This document shows, piece by piece, positions 1 to 9,414 of a stretch of DNA of 32,014 bases. The position numbers were made by a program, and so were the translations under genes. The notes beneath the pieces are model-generated. The model ran no database searches, was not told the origin of the DNA, and was given only the letters and a program-made list of their open reading frames with translations. Each line of letters opens with the position of its first letter. Position 1 is the stretch's first letter. Source of the stretch: Paraspadella gotoi (Eukaryota > Animalia > Chaetognatha); assembly GCA_051294375.1 (NCBI GenBank), contig JBJCIZ010000514.1, forward strand, positions 1 to 32,014, read 5' to 3'.

Positions 1-101
1 AAAAACGAATTGATTTATGAAACAAATATTTTCGCAGACTATCTCTTTCTTTAAACTTCAATGTCTGTGAAAATATTTGTTTTATAAATCAATTCGTTTT
101 T
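1..101. repeat. 39-bp inverted repeat (long hairpin), left arm runs to the window edge
   Basis: 1-39 AAAAACGAATTGATTTATGAAACAAATATTTTCGCAGAC is the reverse complement of 63-101 except at two positions, both G-U compatible on the + strand RNA. Confidence 0.95.
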
Positions 102-161
102 GCTCTGATGAAGGTTTACATTAAATCCAAAACATGTCCGAAATTTATGTTTCTTAATAAA
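100..161 (+). ncRNA. Degenerate minimal hammerhead ribozyme of the Penelope-like element (pseudo-LTR) type, followed by AATAAA
   Basis: CTGATGA at 105-111, stem II GGTTTA/TAAATC, AAAA at 129-132 in place of GAAA, palindromic loop ACATGT, cleavage triplet GTC at 136-138, AATAAA at 156-161. This matches the known CTGATGA..GAAACATGTC layout except for the G12 substitution and a weak stem I. Confidence 0.6.
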
Positions 162-340
162 ACTCAAACAAAATACATTTTCTACCTCAAACATAAAAAT
201 AGCAATTTGTGGCAGCAAGACTTAAAGCTGCCTCGTCTCAATGGCGCCAGTTGGTGAGATACCCCGCGTCCCGGGTATCACAGGCATGCCTCCCGTTGCC
301 CGGGTCTCGATCCTAACCAGCTAGCGACATTACCCGCGGG

Positions 341-1965
341 CCCCAACCCCAACCCGGGCCTGCCGTTCAACACCGTTCCTCTCTCCCTAATGCAGGCCTC
401 CTGTTCATCAACAACACCCACCCTACCCCTAACATTAAACCTTAACTGAACTTAACTCAACCCTAACCCTGACTTACTCAACCCTTACTACTACCAACTC
501 AACCCTAACCCTAAACCACCTCAACTCAATCCTAATCCAAGTTTAGTTTAGGCAAAATAACCATAATTCGGATGCTTAAGAGAGTTCAGAGCCAAATCAC
601 CAAAGGATGACCTCACCATTTGGCGATTTAGCAGTTAACTACATCTAGCATTCTAGTTATGATTATTTCGCCTAAACTAAACTAAAATTGACAAGTCGGA
701 GTAGGGTTAAGTAGGGTTAAGTAGGGTTGAGTAGTTTAGGGTAAGGGTTAAGTTCAGTTTAGCGTTAACGTTATTGTCAATTTTAGGGTTAGGGGTAGAG
801 TGGGTGTTGTTAATGTTTAGAGTTAGGGTTGAGTAGTTTAAAGTTCGGGTTAGAGTTGAGTAGTTTAGGGTTCGGGTTAGGGTAGAGTAGTTTAGGGTTC
901 GGGTTAGGGTTGAGGAGGGTTAGGATTGAATAGTTTAGGGTTTGGGATGAATAGTTTAGGGTTTGAGATGAATAGTTTAGGGTTTTGGCATATCAGGGCT
1001 TCGAGTAGTTTTGGCGTTCGCAGCGGTTGAAGTAGTTTTAGGGTTGCGGTTGCAGTAGTTATGGGTTGGGTTAGGGTTGAGTAGGGTTAGATTGAAATAA
1101 TTTAGGCGTTTGGTGGAATAGTTTAGGTTTTGAGTATTGAGTAGTTTGGGTTAGAGGAGCTCAGTATTTTAGGGTGGTTGAGAGGTGAGCTTAGTTTAGA
1201 GTGATAGAGGTTCCGAGTAGTAGGGTTAGGGTTGGTGAGTAATTTAGGGTTTGGTTAGGGATGAGTAGTTGCGGTTCGAGTATGGGTTGATTTGATATTT
1301 AGGATTTGAATTAATTGAGTAGTTTAGGGTTCGGGTTAGGGAGTAGTTTAGGAGAGGTGAGGGGGTAGTAGTTTTGTGATGAGTATGGTAAGGTGTGATA
1401 GCTACTCTAGGGCTTAGGGTTGATAAGTTTAGCGTTCGGGTTGAGGGTTGATAGTAGGGTGTAGTTAGTTAGGTTTGGTTAAGTGTGATGTAGGTCTAGA
1501 TGATGAAGTAGTTTAGGTTTAGGTGTAGTAGTTTTAGGGTTAGGGGTCCCGAGTAGTTAGGGTTGGGTGGGGTTAGTTATAGGTAGGGTTGAGTGGTTTT
1601 CATGTAAGGGGTTGCAGTAGTTTAGGGTTAGGCGTTAGGGCTTTGCAGTAGTTTAGGGTTTTGAGTTAGGGTTGCAGTAGTTTAGGCTTAGGGCAGAGTT
1701 AGGGTTGCGATTGGAGAAGTTTAGGGTTAGGGTTGAGTAGTTTAGGGTTCAGGTTAGGGTTGAGTAGTTTATGGTTCGGGTTATGGTTGAGCAAATTAGG
1801 GTTTGGGTTAGGGTTGAGTAGTTTAGGGTTAGGGTTGAGAAGTTTAGGGTTGAGTAGTTTAGGGTTAGGGTTGAGTGGTTAGGATTGGGGTTGAGGCAGG
1901 GAGATCTATGGGAGGCCCGGTTTATTGTTGGGGGAGAGGCACGCAGTTGAACGGGAGGCCCGGGG
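341..1965. repeat. Foldback structure of telomere-like repeats: C-rich arm, hairpin core, long G-rich arm
   Basis: 541-576 is inverted at 647-682, with a further inner stem centred near 611. 405-535 (CCCTAA-like) mirrors 700-815. The GGGCCTCCCGTTCAAC-type motif near 356 recurs inverted near 1946-1962. Confidence 0.8.
700..1890 (+). repeat. Degenerate telomere-like minisatellite, unit about (GGGTTA/GGGTTC)0-2 GGGTTGAGTAGTTTA
   Basis: Clean 15/21/27-bp units at 826-910 and 1720-1876, for example GGGTTAGGGTTGAGTAGTTTA. The middle part is noisy. Confidence 0.9.
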
Positions 1966-2437
1966 AACTGGGAAATGAAATAATTATTTTACTTTATAAT
2001 TATATACAATACCATAATTATCTCATTAAAATTTTTATTCTCGACAGCTTTATTCTAATGCACATAACTCAAACCATAAATTAGGATTAGGGTTGGGATT
2101 TTGTTTAGGGTTGGGCTCAGGAGATTAGTGAGAGGGAAATAGTTTTTAAAACTCATACTGTTATGGAGATGATGTTCATTATTAAAACCCTAAAAAAGGT
2201 TGGGAGGTTAGGTAAAAGTAAATGTTTTCTATAACCCTAAGCTAGGGTTATGTTATGTTATGTTATTTGTATGTCTCGCTAAGTTGACAATATAGTAAAG
2301 CCCTGAAAACATGGCCAGCAGTTATCATTTCACTATTGTCAATGTACTAGGACCACCATAAAAATAACAAAAATTGTAAGGACAATGTTATTTCAGCAAA
2401 ATTTTGCATTCACTGTTTAAGGTTTTACAATGGGTAA

Positions 2438-3054
2438 TTTTTATCGAGCCTACCGGCGAAGCCGGTTCAGGCTCGATATTGATTCGGGTCAGCTCTCCAG
2501 CTGTCCAGCTCTCTCACTTTCTCTCTCTCTCTGTCTGTCTCTTTCTGTCTCTCTCCCTCTCTCTGTACGATCTATTGCGCGATCGTTTTTTGAAAAATTT
2601 TGATTATTTTTTCCTTTTAAAAACTTTTATTATCGCCATTTATTTTGTACTTTTTTCTCAATGCAAAATCCTAAATTTACATCCGAGATTTTTCGTGGAT
2701 TTATTCTCTTTCTTTCTCTCTCTCTTTCTTTTCTCTCTCTCTTTCACTCATACACGCATTTGTTTGTTTTATTTATGATGAATGATTCATTGCGTCAATG
2801 AATGATTATCATCACATCAATGAATGACTAATCATCGCATCCAATCATTGGTTATTATCACATCAATCATTTGGTTATCATCAATTGATGCATTTGTTTA
2901 TCATCGCATCAATTATTGGTTATTATCGCATCCAATATTTGATTATCAATCGCATCAATCATTTGGTTATCATCGCATCAATCCTTTGGTTATCATCGCA
3001 TCAATATTTGGTTATCATTGAGTAGGCGAGATCCTATATTTTAAGATTTTTTTT
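2438..3054 (+). mobile_element. Helentron-associated (HINE/DINE-1-like) non-autonomous element
   Basis: T-run, then a 5' palindrome ATCGAGCCTACCGGCGAAGCCGGTTCAGGCTCGAT (2443-2477), a CT/CTGT microsatellite, an internal tandem repeat, a 3' subTIR GTAGGCGAGAT (3022-3032; 9/11 match to the inverse of ATCGAGCCTAC) and a T-run. Confidence 0.65.
2790..3018 (+). repeat. About 23-bp tandem repeat ATCATCGCATCAATCATTTGGTT
   Basis: Roughly 9-10 diverged copies read directly; this explains ORF 2824..3021. Confidence 0.9.
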
Positions 3055-3504
3055 CTCTATTCTTTCGATATGTATAAATATCATTTACATGGGGGAAAAA
3101 ATTTTATAAAGCAACCTTAACCCTAACCTCCTAAGTCCCTCTTACCGTTCACACTTCAAACCTTAACTACCCCTAACCATATGCCAATACATGAGAAAGT
3201 CGTTATGACTGTGGTGAGAATGGTACATTCCCTTGGGATTGGTTCAATGAAGTTAGAAGTGAAGCAATTAAAATATAACGCACATATACAGGTGTAGTGA
3301 TTCAAAACTTAGAAAATCCGTATACACTTCTTTTTTTTTTATTTGTTACGCAATTGGGTGCATTTAAAGAAAAAAATTTAATTGAAGATACTTAAACCAG
3401 ACGTTGTTCTAGCTATTAATGCAATGCGCAAAGCACTGCTGCAAAAAACTACTCCTGCCCACAGGACCCAAAAGATCACAGCTGCTCTTCGTAATCGCTT
3501 CTGA

Positions 3505-3884
3505 AAGATTGAGCCACAGCTCGGAGACGGTTTACTTTACGCCATTGAATTTTGGTTGAAAGTCATATGGGTTTCCGGTCTCCCCCTTTAAAACGCTTTA
3601 CTAAGCACAGTTTAGGGGAATTAGATGTGGATATTATCAGACCCAAAAATCATTCGGTCAAAATTAAAATGTTGCTGCAGCTGTAATCTTTATTTTTCAG
3701 CTGTATTACAACAATGACCTTTGTTACAGACATGCATAATTAACCCGCCAAGAGTATTGGCTCTTTTACATGTCAAGAAATGGAATCTCAGAACAATATA
3801 GTAGATTGCAGCAATGGATTTATGCCCAGTAGCAAAAATATAAGGAAGTATTTTTCTTTCATCTGATACTGCAGTAGATTGCAT
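3505..3884. pseudogene. Possible remnants of an EnSpm/CACTA-type accessory ORF
   Basis: The + strand near 3530-3590 reads LLYAIEFWLKVIWVSGLPF and the - strand near 3850-3790 reads LPYIFATG..IYYIVL. Both resemble remembered C-terminal motifs of animal CACTA accessory proteins, but they are short and on opposite strands. Confidence 0.25.
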
Positions 3885-4934
3885 TAAGCTATTTACTTGA
3901 TATTTTATACAGAGAGTCCCAACTACATCAGTTATTGATTTGATAAGCTCACAGAGATGGCACTCAACCAGACAGGCTGATACAGTGTGAACTTAAGCAT
4001 CTTAGAATTCCTTTTATTAATTAAGGTTAAAATAGGTCTTGTTAAACTGCGGCAGTTAAATGGCCATAGGACAGGAAAGAGAAGGTTGCGTTTTATATAT
4101 CACGTCGGGCTAACCAATTTGTGGCGACTCTCAAATGATTATTTTAGGCAAAAAATAAGAATAAGTTTTCGCGATCAAATAGTTACATGTAATGGTTCAA
4201 AAACCACGGCAAACAAATAAAGTAAAAATCATAAAGGAAATATAACAATAACAGATAATTACAGAATTAGCGTTTGTAACGCTCAACAGGAGGTAAACGG
4301 TTATGTGGGTGAGGAACTTTACTCCACTAAACGGTTGTGGTAAGGTCACCGTCGTCGGTTTGTTATCGTCTTCGTCATTTGCCGCCAAAACCGAGGTCAA
4401 CGAAAGTAAAATTTAATATTTTATAAAAATATTACTACAAATATATTATATTTTACTATTCTGTTCCTGAGACAATATGAACAAAATATTTTTGTACTAG
4501 TTAATAGCAAAAATATTAAAATCAAATAGAATCAAAATTCGAATGGTAAATAAAAAAAATTTAATTTTTATTTTTCAATTTTCGCATACGCCCATATTTA
4601 TACATGGTACTCACCATAGAAAATGTGAAAATTTTAAAATGTTTTTTTCTTATTTTTAAAAGCAGATTCGAATTCCTCACGAAAAGTTGAAAATTATTTC
4701 ATTAAGTGGATCAAAATCCTAAAAAACTATTATTATCAACCTATAATTAAATTTGAGTATTTTTAAGTTTTTGGCTAACTTAATGAAATAATTTTTGATT
4801 AAGACTTTTATTTTCTTCTATCAACTTTTTATGAGGAATTCGAATCTGCTTTCAAAACTAAGAAAACAATTTTAAAATTTTAGTATTTTCTATGGTACTA
4901 TGAATTATGAAACAAAATTTTAATTTTTTAAATT

Positions 4935-5160
4935 ACCAAAAAGTGACTTTATAGTGCGTTTTTCTGCCCCACAATCTTTCTGATTCTTCGAAGTCCCATA
5001 AACAGATGTAACATGGGAAACGACTTTTATGATTTTCCATCCCTAATAACTTGTTTATGCATGACAAATCTGCAACAAGCTTGTAAGGAAAGTCCACAAT
5101 GAAAATTTCAGTTTATTTAAGATGATGCTTAAGTTTTTTTTCGTCTCTGTGACGGCGAAC
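4935..5160 (-). pseudogene. Chapaev/Transib-like (CMC-type) DDE transposase fragment
   Basis: The minus strand reads AVTETKKNLSIILNKLKF, then after a frameshift PYKLVADLSCINKLLGMENHKSRFPCYICLWD. This matches the remembered ETYEN..L..L and DLK..LLG.Q....PC..CLWD motifs. Confidence 0.7.
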
Positions 5161-5329
5161 AAGCTAATATTAATATTCGCTTCACTCCAGATTCCTTAAA
5201 TAAATATGAATTAAACAATAATTAAAATTTGCTGGTTATGCATTAATAATAGGTAGACGAATTACAAATTTTTAGAATTATACTGCGTTATAATATTTTC
5301 TTTATTGTTGTTTTGAGATTTAAAGAAAT

Positions 5330-5433
5330 TATGGTGGACTAAAATCCACAACCGCCATTGGTGCCGGAGCAAGTTATTCGCCACCCCAACCCAGAGGTCC
5401 GGGGTTTTAGCCCGGTGGTCGCCTCGCAGTTAA
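5330..5433 (+). mobile_element. tRNA-like repeat, copy 1 (3' truncated)
   Basis: TATGGTGGACTAAAATCCAC leader, A-box-like TGGTGCCGGAG, T-arm CCGGG-GTTTTAG-CCCGG, 3' acceptor strand TGGTCGC. Homologous to 12332-12607 and 31551-31819. Confidence 0.75.
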
Positions 5434-6589
5434 TTTTTCATAATATGAAGGATTGAAATATTAAAGCCGACACATGTCCATTTTTCTCTATGAAAAATAA
5501 AAATCGTTGTCCAAAACTTATTTCAAATATTTCTCTAAATATAAAATAATACTTAATTCAGTTTGCGACGCGACTCCCTGCTTCCTAAAAGGGTAATTCA
5601 GGCACCCTATACTGTCGTGTTCATTACAGATGTAGAAAATACACGACGCATCTCCTGATTGTAATTACTGTTCTTGTTTGTAAAATTAAGTTATTTTTAT
5701 AAATAACTCAACAATGCAAAGCCGTAGAAAGTTGAGAGTGGTCTTAAATTAAAGCTCTTGTCGCGTTGATAATGTTTGAATAATAGCAATATAATTTTAT
5801 GTGACATTTGTAAAAATTAAGTTCTTGGTTCAGAGGTAAGTTCAAAAAAAAAAACCTACTTTTTAAAAAAAACCTGCCTTTGCCGGAATTTGCTAACCTA
5901 TCACAGGGATTGCCTCAGGTGTACTTTATAATTTTGCAGGTTTCCAAGATGGCACTTTTTTTGGTTCTTTTATATCATCTCTGCCCTACCGTGTACTGTA
6001 TAAATAATTAAATATGGACGTATGCGAAAATTAAGCAATTTTAAAATAATTTTTTTTTTTATATATCAATGTTTTTTAGTCCAAGACAGTTCATGATTAA
6101 CTATTATAATTTTGATCTGCAACTTCCACTACGCCTTATTAATCATACTATCTCACATCTAAATATCCTTGTTCGATCATTCAAATAATTTTTTGTTCTC
6201 AAGTACTCCACTATTACATCTTTGTTTATCAAAAATCTGCCTACAATTATCATGCAGTTTTATTGAACATCCATAATTATAGGTTTAAGAAGGTCAATAT
6301 TTCATACATTGGACAGGCTATAATGGTCTCCAACTCTACGTCCTTACAAGACCCAGCAAGCGTTCAAACAAAACAAGTTTAATGACTCCGAAACTATCTG
6401 GCTTCCCAATTAATTTATTGATCAAATATTATAAAGAATGTTTCAATTTTATAATATCACTTTTGTAGAATTAGGTAGTGCTACTTATATGTCTATAATA
6501 TACTCTGCAATGGCATTGAAATACAAAACTATTCGTAATTGGGCATAACCAATATAAAAATTATCCATTCATTTAATAAATAAAATAAT

Positions 6590-6640
6590 AAAATTTTACT
6601 ATTAACCCCTAACCCCCGTCGGCGAAAGTAAAATTAACCC
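6590..6640 (+). mobile_element. Isolated right end of the GTCGGCGAAAGTAAAATT-TIR MITE family
   Basis: TAACCCCTAACCCCCGTCGGCGAAAGTAAAATTAACCC, near-identical to 31513-31549. Confidence 0.75.
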
Positions 6641-7901
6641 AATATCTTACCCCTCACTTTGAATACTATAAAACTTGAAAAACTAAAATCTTGCCAATCT
6701 TGGTCTGTTTTTCCTTCACTAAACAGTAAACAACACATCGAAGATTGTTTTAATAAGCAGTACAGATATTGTAACAAACAGTGAGTTTGACAAAAAGTTT
6801 AAGGAACTATTGGTTAAACAATTCAATGAAATAAAATAATAATCAATAACTCAGTTTGATCTAAATTTAAAGGAAGGTCCAGCTCTTTAAAAAAACGGTA
6901 AAACAGAATAAAAAGAAAAATGGTTATTTCGATCTTAGCTTATAATCGTTCACACTATACACGTTCACATTATACAAATTTACCATCTTAAAAATAATCT
7001 ATCGTCCTATCGTTACGCACTCGTGTGTAGCACACGCCTCTTTTTAACGTGTAATTTTTCTGTGGAGTACTTAATTTTAAAAAATTACTGCTCTTAAAAA
7101 AATCACTAATCACTAATCAAAAAAAAAAATATACTCCACTTTTATATTTTAAAAAAATTAATTTATTTTTTAAATTAAAAAAAATTAATTAATTTTTTTG
7201 CACATGACTGTACTACAGATCTTCCAAAGTCTGGGGTCTTGCGTGCAATAGATGTAAACTGTACTATCTTTGAGATCGTAAAGTTAACACACGCTTATTC
7301 TTGACCGTTTCTTTGCACAGGCTCTAATGCTATTGGGTCAACAATCTCTTGCCTTTTAGGCTGTATTAACGTAATATCACTAATATAACTATTCCATCAA
7401 CACAGTAATAGTGCACTGGGAATGGATCTTGCAAAAGAGTGATGGGCCGATTAAACCACCTGTAGCAATCCTACCGCCGGAGCCAAAGTTCCAGAAAGCA
7501 AGGCAACTGACAAAAAAATCTCCGTTACCCTGCGGTAGAGCATTTAAAAATAAAATATAATAAATCTAATAAGATACATAGCTATTATAGTGTAATCTTG
7601 TCTGTAGAATTCGATGTTGATAACCATTTTTTTATTTAGTTTCATCTTCTTTGTCGATAACGATTTTTGCAGCATATAAGGTACTATTCAACTGGAACAA
7701 ACTTTGTAGAATATTAAAAACTCAAATTATTAAAATTTTATAAAAGCCATATTTAGTATACATATGAAAATAAAGACCCATATAAATATTTTGATAACTT
7801 TATTTACAATTTTTTTTATTTTATTAACTGTTTGTTAGCTATATTTATTAATAAATAATAATAAAATAAATTTTTTAATTTTAAAACCGGTTCTAGTTGG
7901 T

Positions 7902-7976
7902 TGGCGACTTCGCCATGGCGATATCGCCAGGGCTTTGGCGATGTCGCCAGTCCCCCCACTGGCGACCTCGCCAGTG
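7902..7976. repeat. Four tandem 14-bp palindromes TGGCGA-NN-TCGCCA
   Basis: Copies start at 7902, 7916, 7936 and 7960, with invariant arms and centres CT, TA, TG, CC. Confidence 0.95.
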
Positions 7977-8034
7977 ATAAAAGTAGCGAATATAATGAAT
8001 AGCGCAGCTAACACGTGGATGAACATCACCTACA

Positions 8035-8921
8035 GGCTCCTCTCCCAACCTTAAACCAGACCTCCAGTTCAACTCTGTGGCCTCTCCCCTACTAACCCGG
8101 GCCTCCCGTATATCTCCATGCCTCAACCCTAACTCAACCGTCTTCGATGCATCAACCACGGGCCCCAACCCTAACCCTAAACCAAGCCTCCCGTTCAACT
8201 CCATGCCCTAACACTAACCCAGGCTCGGCCTCCCGTACATCTCCGTGCCTCAACCCTAACCGCCTTCGATGCATCAACCATGGTCCCTCCCCCACCCTAA
8301 ACCAAGCCTCCTGTTCAACTCCATGCCTCTCCCCTAACCCTAACCCAGGCCGGCCTCCCGTACATCTCCGTACCTCAACCCTAACCGCCTTCGATATATA
8401 ACCACGGGCCTCTCTCCAACCTAACCCTAAACCGGGCCCAGGCCTCCCTAGGGTGTGTTCATATTCCAAAAGTTGTTTGTATCTTCACGCACATTTAAAT
8501 TATATTGGACGATCAAATCTCTCATACTTTAGACACAGTGAGGGATGATGTGAAAGGTGTGCCAAAAATCCTTCAGGAGAGGGTACTGCTAAAGGCGTTG
8601 GACCAATTTGAATGGCGATTGGTGCAAACCTATTTTTTTAGGCCATGCCCCGTCGTATTAAATGTGCGTGAAGATACAAACAACTTTTGGAATATGACAC
8701 ACCCTAAGGCCTCCCGTACATCTCCGGGCCTCAACCCTAATCCCTAATGTCCCTCGCCAGTACCTTCCCTAAGCCTAACCCTAACGCGGGCCTCTTGGTC
8801 ATCAACAACACCCTCCCTATCCCTAAAATTGACATTAATAATAAGCCTAAAATAAACTTAACTCAACCCTAACCCTAAACTACTCAACCCTAACTACTAC
8901 CAACTCAACCCTAACCCTAAA
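8035..8921 (+). repeat. About 126-bp C-rich tandem repeat containing CCCTAA motifs, grading into the short telomere-like unit
   Basis: TCAACCCTAA recurs at 8123, 8250, 8375 and 8731. It shares GCCTCCCGTTCAAC and ATCAACAACACCC motifs with 341-535. This explains the ORFs at 7893-8469. Confidence 0.9.
8449..8706. mobile_element. 258-bp MITE with about 50-bp TIRs and a 9-bp TSD (Mutator/MULE-like)
   Basis: TAGGGTGTG(T)TCATATTCCAAAAGTTGTTTGTATCTTCACGCACATTTAA is inverted at the right end. AGGCCTCCC is duplicated at 8440-8448 and 8707-8715. Confidence 0.9.
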
Positions 8922-9414
8922 TATGAAAATAAAAGAGAGAAACTTTGTTTGTTTTGATAAAACATAAACAAAACATATTTAATAACTGTCCAGACTCAAT
9001 TTTAAGCACATCGATGATGAGAAACTATATAAATTTTCAGCTTCATACACCCAAATTTAATCATAAAAAAGGCGATCTATAATTTGGAACGCCGACGACA
9101 ACGACGCCACTTATGCACAAAAGCGTTACAATATCGTCGCAAACGCTTAGCGATTGCGACGATAAAAACACATTCTAATGCCAAAGAAAGGCGTCTATTA
9201 TGGGCCTAATCAATAACTATACATATCTGTCGAGCTTTTAGTATCATGTTTTACGAGTTTTACTAAACCAATCATATGGCCTTACAGCTCTCAAAAACAC
9301 CGAAGAATTATACAATTATAATTTTCTTTGAAATCAAAGAGAAACACAAAAGTACATTACAATAGTAGTAAACAAAATGATGATTGCAAAGAAGTAAAGA
9401 ATGATTTGAACTAG

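Larger units (their letters stand above)
4502..6135. mobile_element. Palindromic TTAA-target (Kolobok-like) MITE, copy 1, right arm interrupted by about 1 kb of other sequence
   Basis: Palindromic core 4612-4896 (GCAGATTCGAATTCCTCA / TGAGGAATTCGAATCTGC). The right arm resumes near 5992 (ATATGGACGTATGCGAAAATT, inverse of about 4578-4598) and ends ACTACGCC|TTAT at 6135. Confidence 0.7.

Noticed and set aside
232-330. tRNA-like look (TGGCGCCAGTTGG ... GGTCTCGATCC)
   Set aside because: No consistent cloverleaf or acceptor stem, and part of it matches the adjacent GCCTCCCGTT repeat family.
700-1890. True chromosome end or fusion scar
   Set aside because: Internal to the contig, degenerate, and the C-rich then G-rich order is opposite to a fusion.
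2404-3021. ORFs 2404..2778 and 2824..3021 as membrane proteins
   Set aside because: They are translations of a CT microsatellite and a 23-bp tandem repeat.
7902-7976. CRISPR-like or REP-like array
   Set aside because: Repeats are 14 bp with 0-10 nt spacers, the context is eukaryotic and no cas genes are present.
7835-8747. Cluster of overlapping ORFs with GLGLG/PNPNP repeats
   Set aside because: Products of the CCCTAA-containing satellite and the MITE.
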